This document shows, in pieces, positions 49,920 through 60,945 of a DNA stretch of 64,000 nucleotides. Under the pieces are notes generated by a model. The model was not told the DNA's origin. It did not search any database and saw nothing but the letters and a program-made list of their open reading frames with translations. The stretch lies in the NCBI GenBank assembly GCA_964188305.1, contig OZ076886.1, one strand, 5' to 3'. Made by a program: the position numbers and the translations under genes. Source of the DNA: Podarcis bocagei. Taxonomy: Eukaryota. How positions within the stretch are numbered: the stretch's first letter is position 1; every line of letters begins with the position of its first letter.

Positions 49920-52039
49920 GCCTTTCCCCAAACATTTCACCAACCACCCAGTTCTCCCCTACAAATTCTGTGGGCTGTCTCATTAATAGTTTATTCCCTA
50001 CCAGCCATGCTAAACTACCAGAAGAAGCCTGGCTTCAGGGAAAATATTATTTATTTTGGAGAGGACACTTGAGGCAGGAACTGTGGACATGAGAAAAGTT
50101 AAGCAGCCCTTTCGCAGCTATCCCTGATCTGGCCCTGCACACCCTACTCACTCAGGTAGCATTGGCATTAACCAGTTCACATGTCTTTTGGTGCTACCTG
50201 GTAAAAGAAGTACTTTAACACTTAATCATTACTATGGAGAATCTTGTATAGAATATGTTGCAGAAGCTCATTGTGGTACATATCTGTAAGTCTTGACAGA
50301 CTCTGCCACGATTTACCCAGTCACTAAAGGCACTTTGCATTTCTGACCGTGCTATTCCAGAGCATACTATGACGTTTCACTGTCGGAAAATAACCCTGAC
50401 CCATATTATTTTCAGTGTTTCCTAGCAGATGTAAACCTCACTTGACATTTCAGCATTGAGTTCTCCATTTGGCTATATTTTAAAATATATGAATAGCATT
50501 GCTCTAAAACTTGGCTTGCCGATGAAGCAGGAGTGGCTAATGTCATTTAGTGGCGCTCCTGTCCAGGAAATTCAGGGAGCTGCGGAGGGCGACATTATGC
50601 CAGACATACACTATTTCCTTTGGCACTTTCTCAAAACAAATGAAATTCATTACTATTAATCATGCGGCAATAAAGATAATGTGAGAATTTATTTGGCAGC
50701 AGGTCATAAACCACAAGCATGATGAGGGATATCCAATCTCAGCACCGGTTTCTATCTATCTTTCTTTCCAGCGCTATACATTTTGATAGGTCTTTCTAGA
50801 GCTGCTGCTATCTATCCAGAGTGCAGGATTAGATCCTAATCCACACAGTGCTATTCGTTTGTTGGTAGCAAGCACTGTGTATTCCTAACTGAAGGTGTTA
50901 CTGAACTTTAGGAGAGAAGGGCAGAGAAGATTTCCAGACTCTGCAGAGGTATTCGGACCTCATCATCCCCTCTCTTCCATCAGGAGAGGCTCAGATTGTG
51001 AAATTTATATTGTTTAAAAGGTCTAGGTGATTAAAACACCCATAGGTGGAGGATCATAGTGTTGGGGGCATGTGAACCTCACTGGGAGGGCTATTCAGTA
51101 CTTGGATCACCACCTCCAAAAATGCCCTTTCACTGCTAGTTACACATCTGATCCTGTCTGCTCCTAGTTCTTCGGTGTTGGTCTGCTTCATTCTTGTCTT
51201 GTCTGTAGCTGACCAACCAAAGCTTTAAGTATCAAAATGGACAAAGATAATCATATTGCCTTTGGGGTTATTGTATTTTTACTGCATTTTGAAGTATTTG
51301 CAGTGTGTGTATTAAAATATCTTAATTATGGCATGATGCCCAATCTGTTAATGCTGAAGTGTTGCTTGGTTTTAGGAGAGAAAGGAATAAAATCCTTCCC
51401 CCCTCCCCCTCCCTATTTATTATTTTTATTTTTGAATACAGCTGGCAATGTTCAGTTGTATTGATTATAAAAGCAGCTGGAGAAAGAGGAGGGACAGACA
51501 GGATCCTCCTGGGAAACTCAACAAATGTGCTGCACCTAGAACTGGGTGTGGAGAGTGCTGCTGAATGGGACTCAGCTGTGGGCAGCCTGAAGAAGCACCA
51601 CCCACCTTAGACCTGCCCATAAAATGCAAGCCTAGAGTGAGAGACTAGGGTGATGTCCACTGCTTCCAGGAACTCAGTTTTAGACTTTTGTGGGTGAGCT
51701 GAGAGTTTGTTGGACCCTAAGTGAGAACCTGGAGGTTGAGAGGGAAGTTGTGTCAGAAAAATAATGAATTGATATTGATTTATATATATTAGTATCTTTG
51801 TATTTATGTAACTCTGTATTTTTCTAAAATTTTGTTTAAGTTGTCTGTGTTGCTTCAATTCTGTACACCGCTTAGAGATTAAAAAATATATATTAAGTGG
51901 TATAGAAATCAAATAATTGAATAATCAATAAATGATTAAGAATGAATTTATGGTGATGGCTTGCTCCCAACTGCATATCAAGCCGTTCTGTTTTGTGTTC
52001 TGTTGCTGTGATTTGTTTATGTTCCACTCCGTATCCTAG

Positions 52040-52098
52040 AATGCTCCCTGGACCGCTCATGATGTATCAGTTTCAAAGAAGCTTCATCAAAGCAGCAA
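52040..52098 (+). CDS. ARHGAP26: ARHGAP26 coding exon (RhoGAP; about human exon 16)
   Basis: Acceptor ccgtatcctag|A, donor GCAA|gtaagt. Encodes (R)MLPGPLMMYQFQRSFIKAA(K). 59 nt, phase 2 to 1. Confidence 0.96.
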
Positions 52099-52899
52099 GT
52101 AAGTCTTTTGTCAGAACCTCTTGAAGGAGAGAAAACTTTTTTTGAGGGGAGGCACATCAGCTTGTAAAGTAAGATTTGCAGATAAGAATAGGACTGTGGT
52201 GCAAGATAGCATGCCTGCCATGAGCTTGCTTCAGTAAAAATGTGCCAGAACTTTCTGGAAGCACTTGCATGGCCACTTGGATTTGTGCTGCTTTCTATGA
52301 TTCCAGTACCTGTTGGGGTGACTAGACTTATTCGGTTCCCCCACATAATTAGAATTACATGAGTGAAAGAGCCAGGGAGGCAGGATGATCTTACTAGCCC
52401 TGCCGCACCTTCATAGGATTCTTGTTGTTGCCAGGCTCTAGCAATAAGCCAAGCACCAGAGCACCATTGCCTGCCACAGGGAGCCCTCTATGCTCGTGGA
52501 GTTTCTCCATGGAGTTTAGTTCTCAGATCAAATCGAGCCGAGTGTCACAGTAGGGATAACGCCTCCATTTAATTTCAGGGTGGTGTCATGACTCAGCCAC
52601 CCTGGAAGACATTCTAGCTTTTTCATTGAAGTTTGATGTCATGTATTTCAGACCAAAGAGTAGAATTTGAATGTTGCATTAAGACTTACTGAGACAGCTG
52701 AAAACCACCCTGTCCCTGTCTTGAATGGGCAGTGAACTGATTTCATTCAAGCACCAGATTTTTAAAATAATCCTCATGCTTATCCAGCTGTTCTCATGAG
52801 AGTGGGAGGAGAATGTAGGTTAAGTCATGTATGTGGGTTACATAGTAGTTGGAGAGTACATAGTACTATTATTGCTTCTGCATGGGGCCCTCCTAGGTC

Positions 52900-53040
52900 A
52901 CTATCTCAACAACCCAGTAAAGTAGGTTAGGCTAAGGGAGAGAGGCAACCCTACAGCCTCCCAGTGAGCTTTATGGCTGAGCAGGAATCTTCAGCCATGT
53001 CTCCCAAGTCCAACACTCTGTCCACTAGTCACTTGGCTGC
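52900..53040 (-). mobile_element. MIR/CORE-like SINE remnant
   Basis: ctcaacaacccagtaaagtaggttaggct...cccagtgagctttatggctgagcagga...tctcccaagtccaacactct. Homologous to 58990-59204. Confidence 0.6.
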
Positions 53041-53069
53041 TGTGACAAAGACACTTGTATGTAGAAACA

Positions 53070-53495
53070 ATGATGTTGTTGTTATTTGTACCCTGCCCAT
53101 CTGATTTGGATGCAACAGCCACTCTGGGTGACTTCCCACACATATAAAAACATAATAAAACATTAAACTTTAAAATACTTCTTTATACAGGGCTGTCTTT
53201 AGATGTCTTCTAAAGGTTGTAAAGTTACTTATCTCCATGACATCTGATGGAAGAGTGTCCCACAGGGGAGGTGCCACTACCGAGAAGGCCCTCTGCCTGG
53301 TTCCCTGTAACCTCACGTCTTGCAGTGAGGGAACCACCAGAAGGCCTTCAGAGCTGGACCTCAGTGTCTGGGCTGAACAATAGGAGTGGATATTCTCCTT
53401 CAGGTATACAGCACCAAGGCGATTTAGGGTTTTAAAGGTCAGCACCAACACTTGGAATTGTGCTAGGAAACATACTGGGAGCCAATGTAGGTCAA
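53070..53495 (-). mobile_element. L2-clade LINE 3' fragment
   Basis: ORF 53170..53451(-) VLTFKTLNRLGAVYLKE..TLRSS..LLVVP..TRQRAFSVVAPPLWDTLPSDV..FRRHLKTALY is the L2 ORF2 C-terminus, followed by a 3' tail. Confidence 0.88.
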
Positions 53496-53516
53496 TTTCA
53501 TTTCAAAAGGCTTGGC

Positions 53517-53518
<2 letters not shown>

Positions 53519-53602
<84 letters not shown>
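53519..53602. repeat. Compound (GT)n(GA)n microsatellite
   Basis: Read directly. Confidence 0.95.
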
Positions 53603-53604
<2 letters not shown>

Positions 53605-54461
53605 TTACTCCTTTAACGTAACAAGATGGTTGACAGGTGTTTCTTTACTCCTGAAAGCATTTGTGGGAAGTCCCACATTCATTCACGGCAGCACAGAGCC
53701 CTTTACAGTTGGCTTCTAAGCAGACAGCTTTTCCACACAATGCTGAGTGGTCTGCAGAAATCTGCATGCAGCTGTGAGTGAACATGAGGCTTTTGTACAT
53801 GTTTTCAGGCTGAAAAAAGGACTTCCTTCAGCACCTTGTTATGCTCAAAAGCTCCCCACATCTTTTATGGGGAACAAAGATCTATGCAGGAGGTTTGGGA
53901 GTTGGTTATAGAGGTATTAATAGTACAGGGTTATAGTGGTATTAATTTATTTCAATGTATTTTTTAATTCACTTATTCTGCTAAAAAAATGTTCCTAGAG
54001 CAGCTTACAGATTACTAAAAAAATAGTCTCTGCCCTCAGGCGTTCTGTTTTAAAATACACAGCACAAAAGGAGAATGGATTGGGAGAGAGGAGGAAATAA
54101 GCAAAATACAGGTTCCTAGTTGCAAGTTCCTAGTTGACCAGCTGGGATTTAGGAAAGTTCAAGGAAAGGAGGTATCAGAAGTTACTGGTCTGTCAGTTGC
54201 ACTGATGGAGTGGCTCTGCATCTGTTCCTCTGCTGCAGCCTGACAGAATGAATGATAATAGTACCTAGCATTTTGAACGTTGAAAGTGTTCTGCATGCAT
54301 TGTTGTATTGTAATCGTTAAACCAGCTCTGCATATATCTTTCTATTTATAGTGCATGCTATAAAAATATAATTAAAGGAAATCCGGGGATTTAGAGTTGT
54401 ATTGTAAAGTTGTTTGTTGATGCATCAGATCTATTCTGAGAAATATCTTATCATGTTGCAG

Positions 54462-54567
54462 AACTGGAGAATCAAGAATCTCGAACCTCGGAGATCCATA
54501 CCTTAGTACACAGGCTCCCTGAGAAAAATAGGCAGATGCTCCATTTGCTCATGAATCACTTGGCAAA
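54462..54567 (+). CDS. ARHGAP26: ARHGAP26 coding exon (RhoGAP; about human exon 17)
   Basis: Acceptor tcatgttgcag|AA, donor GCAAA|gtaagt. Encodes (K)LENQESRTSEIHTLVHRLPEKNRQMLHLLMNHLA. 106 nt, phase 1 to 2. The next exon was not found in the window. Confidence 0.96.
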
Positions 54568-54639
54568 GTAAGTGCATTGGCTTTAATAAACCATTGGCTG
54601 CTTCTCTACAGCCTTCAAAGTGGAAAAATGGAATAACCA

Positions 54640-54750
54640 TCTAAGACACCCTTTGCCAACCTCCAAATATTTTTGACTATGGTCATGCTGTATGGGGCTG
54701 ATGAAAATTGTAGTCCAAAACATCTGGAGGGTGGCAGGTTGGTGAAGTCT
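54640..54750. mobile_element. MER5/Charlie-like hAT MITE remnant
   Basis: ccctttgccaacctccaaatatttttgacta ... ttgtagtccaaaacatctggagggtggcaggttggtgaagtctg. Confidence 0.65.
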
Positions 54751-57700
54751 GTTCAATAATATGGATAGCTCTTCTGCCCCCATGCATCTTGTTTAAAGCC
54801 ATGCTTTGGAACAGGGTTCTGTGCATCAAAAGCAGAGGTGACCAATCAGCAGCCCTAACAGAGCTTTTAGTCATGCCTTGGATGCATGTGCTCCATAACT
54901 ATGAGTATGTGTCATTGATTTTATTAAAGCATGACCCTCCATGAAGGATATACTTCTGTCTCCTGGCCCACTCACTGGAGAATAAACTGCCTCCCTTAAT
55001 ACCAAAATTGGACACCCCTAATCTAAAGAATCCCCAGCTGATACCTGCCCAGGCTTTTCACAATCTCTGCACTGCATATTTCTGGTACTGGGTGGTTGGT
55101 TTGTGACTAGGGCATATGAGGTCAAGGATCTGTTCCCTGTTTTGGAACATGTTGCTCTTGCAAGAAACGTAAGTTAGAGATTTGGGAACAAGATTGAAAC
55201 AGGGAGTGAAAATACACATGGAACTGTACTGTTGTTCAGTGTGGAAAACCCAAGATATAGCTGCTCTGCCCCAGTTGTAATGCAGTTGCAAAGCCCAGTT
55301 TGTTTACATGACGTTTTATGTGATACATATATTTGACATACCTCCTCTGGCAGATCTTTAGAAAAGAAAAAAGTGGCTGGTCCTGATGAGGAGCTCTCTT
55401 TCTTGTTCTTTCAGAGGGTCAAACTAGAACAGACACCAGACACCAGCCCTTCCCTCTGCTGTCAGTTCTCCAGTGCAGACCACCCCTAAAAGCTGCTATT
55501 GGCCACTGGGGGAGGGGGCGTTCGCACACTGTGCATTTTTGTTGTCCCCTCTTCAGTTTACCCAGATTGTGAAGCATTGGGGGGGAGGGCAACTATCTAT
55601 TGGAAAATTTCTCTTTTTCTCTCTGTTTCTATGTAAATAACTAATTTGCTTATCATGTGCACATTTTAGGCAAAATTATAATTTAGTACAATAATCTAAG
55701 CATATTCCAAAACCTATTTTTTAAAATGACAAACTCAAAACAAAATGTTAGGAAACACGTGGACAGTTTCATAGTGCTGCTTTCAATTAACCCTTGCATA
55801 ACATTTCATTGCAATTTGAGCTTATGCATTTGTTAATAAACTTTTGTAGTCATAATAGATGTCATAGGAGTGTTAGCAATGGTCTGAAAGGGAATTTAAT
55901 TTGTTACATTTACTCAGCAAATTGTACTGTTAATAAAAGCTCTCACTGCACAGTGCTGTTCCACGTTCTACCTTTTAATCCACCTTCATTTTTGTCATCT
56001 GTTTTTACAGTCATGAAAATTCGTCTCTGCTATGGCGATGGTAGACATGTGGGTTATAGTGGCAAAACAGAGCTACATGACTCATTCAAATTACTTCCCC
56101 CTGCTCCAACTGCCAAAACACTCCTTTGCTTAGCATTTGAAGGGGAAAACATCTGGAATGACTAAGCAGCTTTATGTGTCAGTTACAAGAGTTAGTAGGC
56201 TGTGACTTGCCATCCTCCTCTCTGTATCAGAGGAATATGTGTACAGGAATAACATAGAAGATTTTGGAAAATGCTGGAATGAGTTAGGCTATAAATACCT
56301 TTCTGGAACAGCACACAGATAGCAATATAAAACAGGGAAAACAAACAAACTTTGAAATGTGCTTTAAGAAGACAGAGTCCAGATGCTGTTTTGACTATGT
56401 GTTCATGCAATGAAGAGCATGGCTTTTAAACCCAGAAAGCTGGTTTGGATCTTAGTTAAAAAAAAATTTAAAAAAATGAAAGCTTTCCCTAAAAGAATAT
56501 GGAATTCCAGATAATTCTAGCAGCCAAACCTTTTTCTGGAATGTTGTGATGATGAGTTCATTTGAAAAAAGAAAGTTCAAAAGCGAGAGAAGATTTTTGT
56601 TACACTTGGAAAAGGAGGAGTGAGAGAGGGTGGCTGCTTCAAGATGTGTTCTCTTTTACCATACGCGTCATTGATAAGCGGTTTAAGGAGAAACATGAAA
56701 TCTTATTAAGAAAAGAATGTGTTTAACTTTACAGATAGGGTTCTCTAGACCTAACACATGGTCAAATGTAGTTTTGCACTGTGAGGTTCAGTTGTTCATG
56801 TAAATCTTGCCATTTGTGGGGAAGTGAAAGAGTCTCTCTCCTCCTACTATTTTGAGTATTTTTTTCACACCTGTTTGTGCATGTTATTTCCTTGCTTCAA
56901 CTTCAGCTTCATTGCCATTTTCTTGAAAAGGCTTGTTCACTTTGCGATCCAGTTAATCAGGGATCACTGGGTGAAAGTGATTGGCCACATGGTCATAATG
57001 TCATCTTTTTTAGATACTTGACATTATTGCTGAGAGCAAATGCCTACTTTGAATGTGTGGGTGGGGGGCTGGGGAGGAAGAAGACAGCTGCCTGTAACTC
57101 AGGTAACCAGGCTGACACTTCCTATCATGTTTCTGGCTTGCTAGTACTGTGCAGCAGATGTTTGCTCCAAACTAGTTTTGGGTATGTGCACTTAATGCAT
57201 GACTAGTTGGGGCAGAATCTGAACGGATGACAAGCTTGGTGAGTTGAAAGTAACGGTGTGAATAGATGGCATCTCCTTGGCTAGATTGGGACAAGGAAGC
57301 ATCAATTTAGTTGCCTCACCAAAAAGAGATGCATATCATTTTCCTCTAATATCCATTTCCCTGTGAGAAGTTTTTCTCTTTCACAAATAGGTCTTTAGTA
57401 TCAATGGAACAGTGTGGGACATCATGGGGAGTGGAAATGTTCACTGAATGCTCCCCTGCCCCTGCATTTTGACAAAGCTTAAAAGCATCCCAAAATTGTT
57501 GTGTTCAGATCCCTGCATAGCTATAGATTTGCCGAGTTCCCTTGGATTAATCACATGCTGCCATGGTTCTCCGCAAGTCAAGTGGGACGAATGGTATCTG
57601 TCTCATTTGTTTGTTGCAAAGAGAGAGCAGAAGGGTTTTGTACTGTTGCACATAAAAAAGTGATGATATTTGTTATTTATACCCCACCATCAGTGTTTGT

Positions 57701-58989
57701 GATGCTTACACAGTTTTATATGTGGTGTACACAAGTCCCTGCTACCAAGGAGATCATACTGTGGAACAGGCAATGGCAAAGCAATGGAAGGAGGAAAAAA
57801 TTAGGGCAGTGCAGTAAAATGTGGTGAAATACTGTCACAGGTTCTTGATGCTTGTTGGGGATTGAGCTTTGCAAATCAATGGATCAGTGAGTTTTCAGAA
57901 AGGATGTGAAGGAAGGGGAAGAGGTGGAACCACAGGTGTATAAAGATAATATGACAAAGAATGCTTTAATGTGTTTGTGCTGACAGAATAATTCCTTTAG
58001 GCGCCTCTGCATGGCAACTTAGCCAAGCAACACCTTTAATTTGAAAGGCTAGATAGCATATTGGCTGTCCTCATTTCATGGAGTGTGTCCATGCCATTAT
58101 TTACCTTCATTTCAAGTTTTCCTGGAGTTAGTTTATCGGTCAGGCTATTAAAGTAGAATACTAGAATATTTTAAAATATTATTATAAAGACATTTCCTCA
58201 TAATAGACGTCACAGATTCATACAAATTCAGATTCATGCATTCTGATGTGTGTGTAAGATAGAATTTGTGTGCACATCTGAGTAGTGGACACAGGAAAGA
58301 TAAAATGTCGGATACTTATTATGATAGTTCCCTCCGATGGACTGTATAGATCTGGCCAAGTTGATGCCCTAGCTGTCATAAATATCTAGGAAGCTTTTGT
58401 AGAGTTTGCTTATCCATCTGTTTTAAAGGGCAACTTTGAAATTATTCAGTGTTCAAAACACTGTGACTGTGTTTTGTTGTTGTTTGGTGTGACAGAGATC
58501 AACAAACATAATCCCAGATCTGGGGAAATTTTGAAATAAAGTACTGGTAATTTAGGATGAACAAAATGTCTCTCTTCACTATCCCTCAATAAGTTCCAGA
58601 TATAGACTTTGCAAGGGAAGGTATGAGTCTCTATATTTGTGTATGGCAGTGTGAGTTCTTTTGTCAATAGGAGAGAAGGATAATATAGTATGAGGTGTGT
58701 ATTTAACATTCGTTGTGATTGGACAGGAAGGGGTGATGTTTGATGTAGCTCTCCAAGGAGACCAGATATGAAGCTGGCACAGATATTAACCCACACAATT
58801 TTGAACAATTATCACATTAAAGGCCTTCACCTAGGTGAAGTACCTGTTGTTCCTGTTTCAATCCCTCTATAGCTTGTATTGAGAGATTGAGTTTAATCAG
58901 AGTCAAAGCATTTTATTGAATATAATACATTTTAAAAATCAGAAAAATATTTATTCCTGCTCATTTATTACCATATTGTGGGGTTTGTG

Positions 58990-59204
58990 TATTACATTTC
59001 TATGCCACCTTTCTTCCAAGGAGCTGGAAGGGGTATACAAGATTTTCCTCCTTGCCATTTTTATCCTCACAACAACCCTGTGAGGTAGTTTAAGTGGAGA
59101 GACTGTGACTGGTCAGCCAGGGAGCTTGATGGCTGAGTGAGGATTTGAACCCTAGTCTCCCAGGTCCAGTCCAACACTCTTCACCATTGCACTAAACTGG
59201 CTCT
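58990..59204 (-). mobile_element. MIR/CORE-like tRNA SINE
   Basis: ttttatcctcacaacaaccctgtgaggtag...ggctgagtgaggatttgaaccctagtctccc...caccattgcactaaactggctct, showing the core and B-box on the minus strand. Confidence 0.75.
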
Positions 59205-60017
59205 GGTTTATGCTGTGGAGGAGGATGGAAGCAGCTAGAACATCTGGCATTATGGGAGACTACCAAGAGGCACTAGAGATAGCCCAAACATTGCCAAGAA
59301 AGGCCACAAAGAATGACGTCATGACTTTATGAATGTGGCTTAGTTGTTCCTTCTCTATAATCTTGCCCAGCAACATCTAGGTCATGTCTCGTGGCCCTGG
59401 GCTTGCCATTTTATGAAACCATTCTAAGCCAATATTATTTCGAGATATATTCTGGAGAATAAGGTTTGTATAGGGGGTTTCCAAAATGGAAATTCTTGAT
59501 CGTTTTTTAAACTGCACCTTGAACCTGTTCTTCATAGACAAAGTTTGCCTCCCCTTCATATTTTATGGCTGTTACATGACTTGCAGTGTGGACAAATTGC
59601 TTCACTATAAAGTGAGTGTAAGAATTTCACATCTTGAAGGCCAGAAATATTTGTTTTCTCCTAAATTGAATAGAAGCACTTCTGCTTTGCAAAGTAGGTC
59701 ACTGTGGTGTTGGACTGATGCCAAGAGTTTAGCCTTGGGTACTTGAAGTAGGAGCTCTGGAATGTTTCATGACCAGCATGTGTGGGGGTAGTATTGACTG
59801 GTATGAATACAATTTTCTTCTTCTGGTAGAGCTTTTTAAAAACCCATTGTCTTTTGGCATGAAATGGACTAAATAATAGAGCTTGATTATCTATTAAAGA
59901 AGAATTTGATATACTGTGAAACAAAATAAATGAGCCTAGAGAAAAACATACTTTAAAAAAACGAGTGTACACAATTTATTCTGAGTATCTTTAATTATGT
60001 CCCTGTTTACGCAAGAT

Positions 60018-60085
60018 TCTATCTATCTATATCTATCTGTCTATCATCTATCTATCTATCTATCTATCTATCAATCTATCTATCT
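60018..60085. repeat. (TCTA)n microsatellite
   Basis: Read directly. It adjoins a reverse LINE-tail-like segment (ctcaaggtggcttacaac). Confidence 0.92.
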
Positions 60086-60248
60086 TTCCACAGTTAAAAC
60101 TATGCTCAAGGTGGCTTACAACATATAAAAATTACACAAGCATAAAAAAGTAGTCATAAACAAAATATCAAAAAGTACACAACCAAATCGAACAATTTTG
60201 ACACAACTCATAAGATACATAACAAATACCAAAAATAACAACAACAAC

Positions 60249-60945
60249 TAGGCCTGGGTGATATATTGATATATCGTCCAGGACTGAGATGAGGAGCATA
60301 CCACGATGTCGGCTTCACTCAGCGGTGTATCGCTGGTGAAACCACCAGCACTCCTGAGTCCCTCTGCTAGCACTGTCCGCTGGAGGGAGTCAAGAGTTCC
60401 TTCCTTCAGTGGGCGCTGTTAGCAGGGGGACTCAGGAGTGGCAGCAGTTTCACCAGCGATATATCACTGAGTGAAACCGCCATCCCACTCTGCCCTAATA
60501 AGATGGCGGGGCGCCGATATAGCTTGTTCCTCCCTCTGCATCTTTAAACTGCTCGACTGAGGAGTGTGCAGCTGCCCTTTGCTCAGTTGAGCAGTTAAAG
60601 GAGCCCCTAGCCCGGTGCTGGCTCTGCAAGCCAGAGATGAGGCAGGGGCTCTGTGAAACTGCTCAGTTGAGGGGAGTACGGTTGCCACTCCCTGCATTGA
60701 ACAGTTAAAGGATCCCCAATGCTGTCTCAGTTGGGGGGGAAGGATGATCCTTCCCCCCAGCTGAGCAGCACAAACAAGCTGCATTGTCACAGCCCACGAG
60801 ATGAGAGTTGGGGCAGTTTCATCCGGTGTCTCTCAGGCAGAGGCAAAATCATCTTGGTTTTTTCCACATCGCTGTATATCGCCAAACCACGGTGTTTGGT
60901 TGGTGATACACCATGATGTTGAAATGTTGCTATCACCCAGCCCTA
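60249..60945. mobile_element. Non-autonomous hAT-like DNA transposon with multiple internal palindromes
   Basis: TIRs TAGGCCTGGGTGATA / TATCACCCAGCCCTA. Near-TSD of 8 bp, acaacaac (60241-48) / gtaacaac (60946-53). GC- and CpG-rich interior with several inverted repeats. Confidence 0.85.

Noticed and set aside
1706-54567. Paralogues ARHGAP10, ARHGAP42 or OPHN1
   Set aside because: VYNSNKDSQSEGTAQLD, ICAEWEIKTITSALKTYLR and MLPGPLMMYQFQRSFIKAAK match my recollection of ARHGAP26 rather than its paralogues. BLASTP would confirm.
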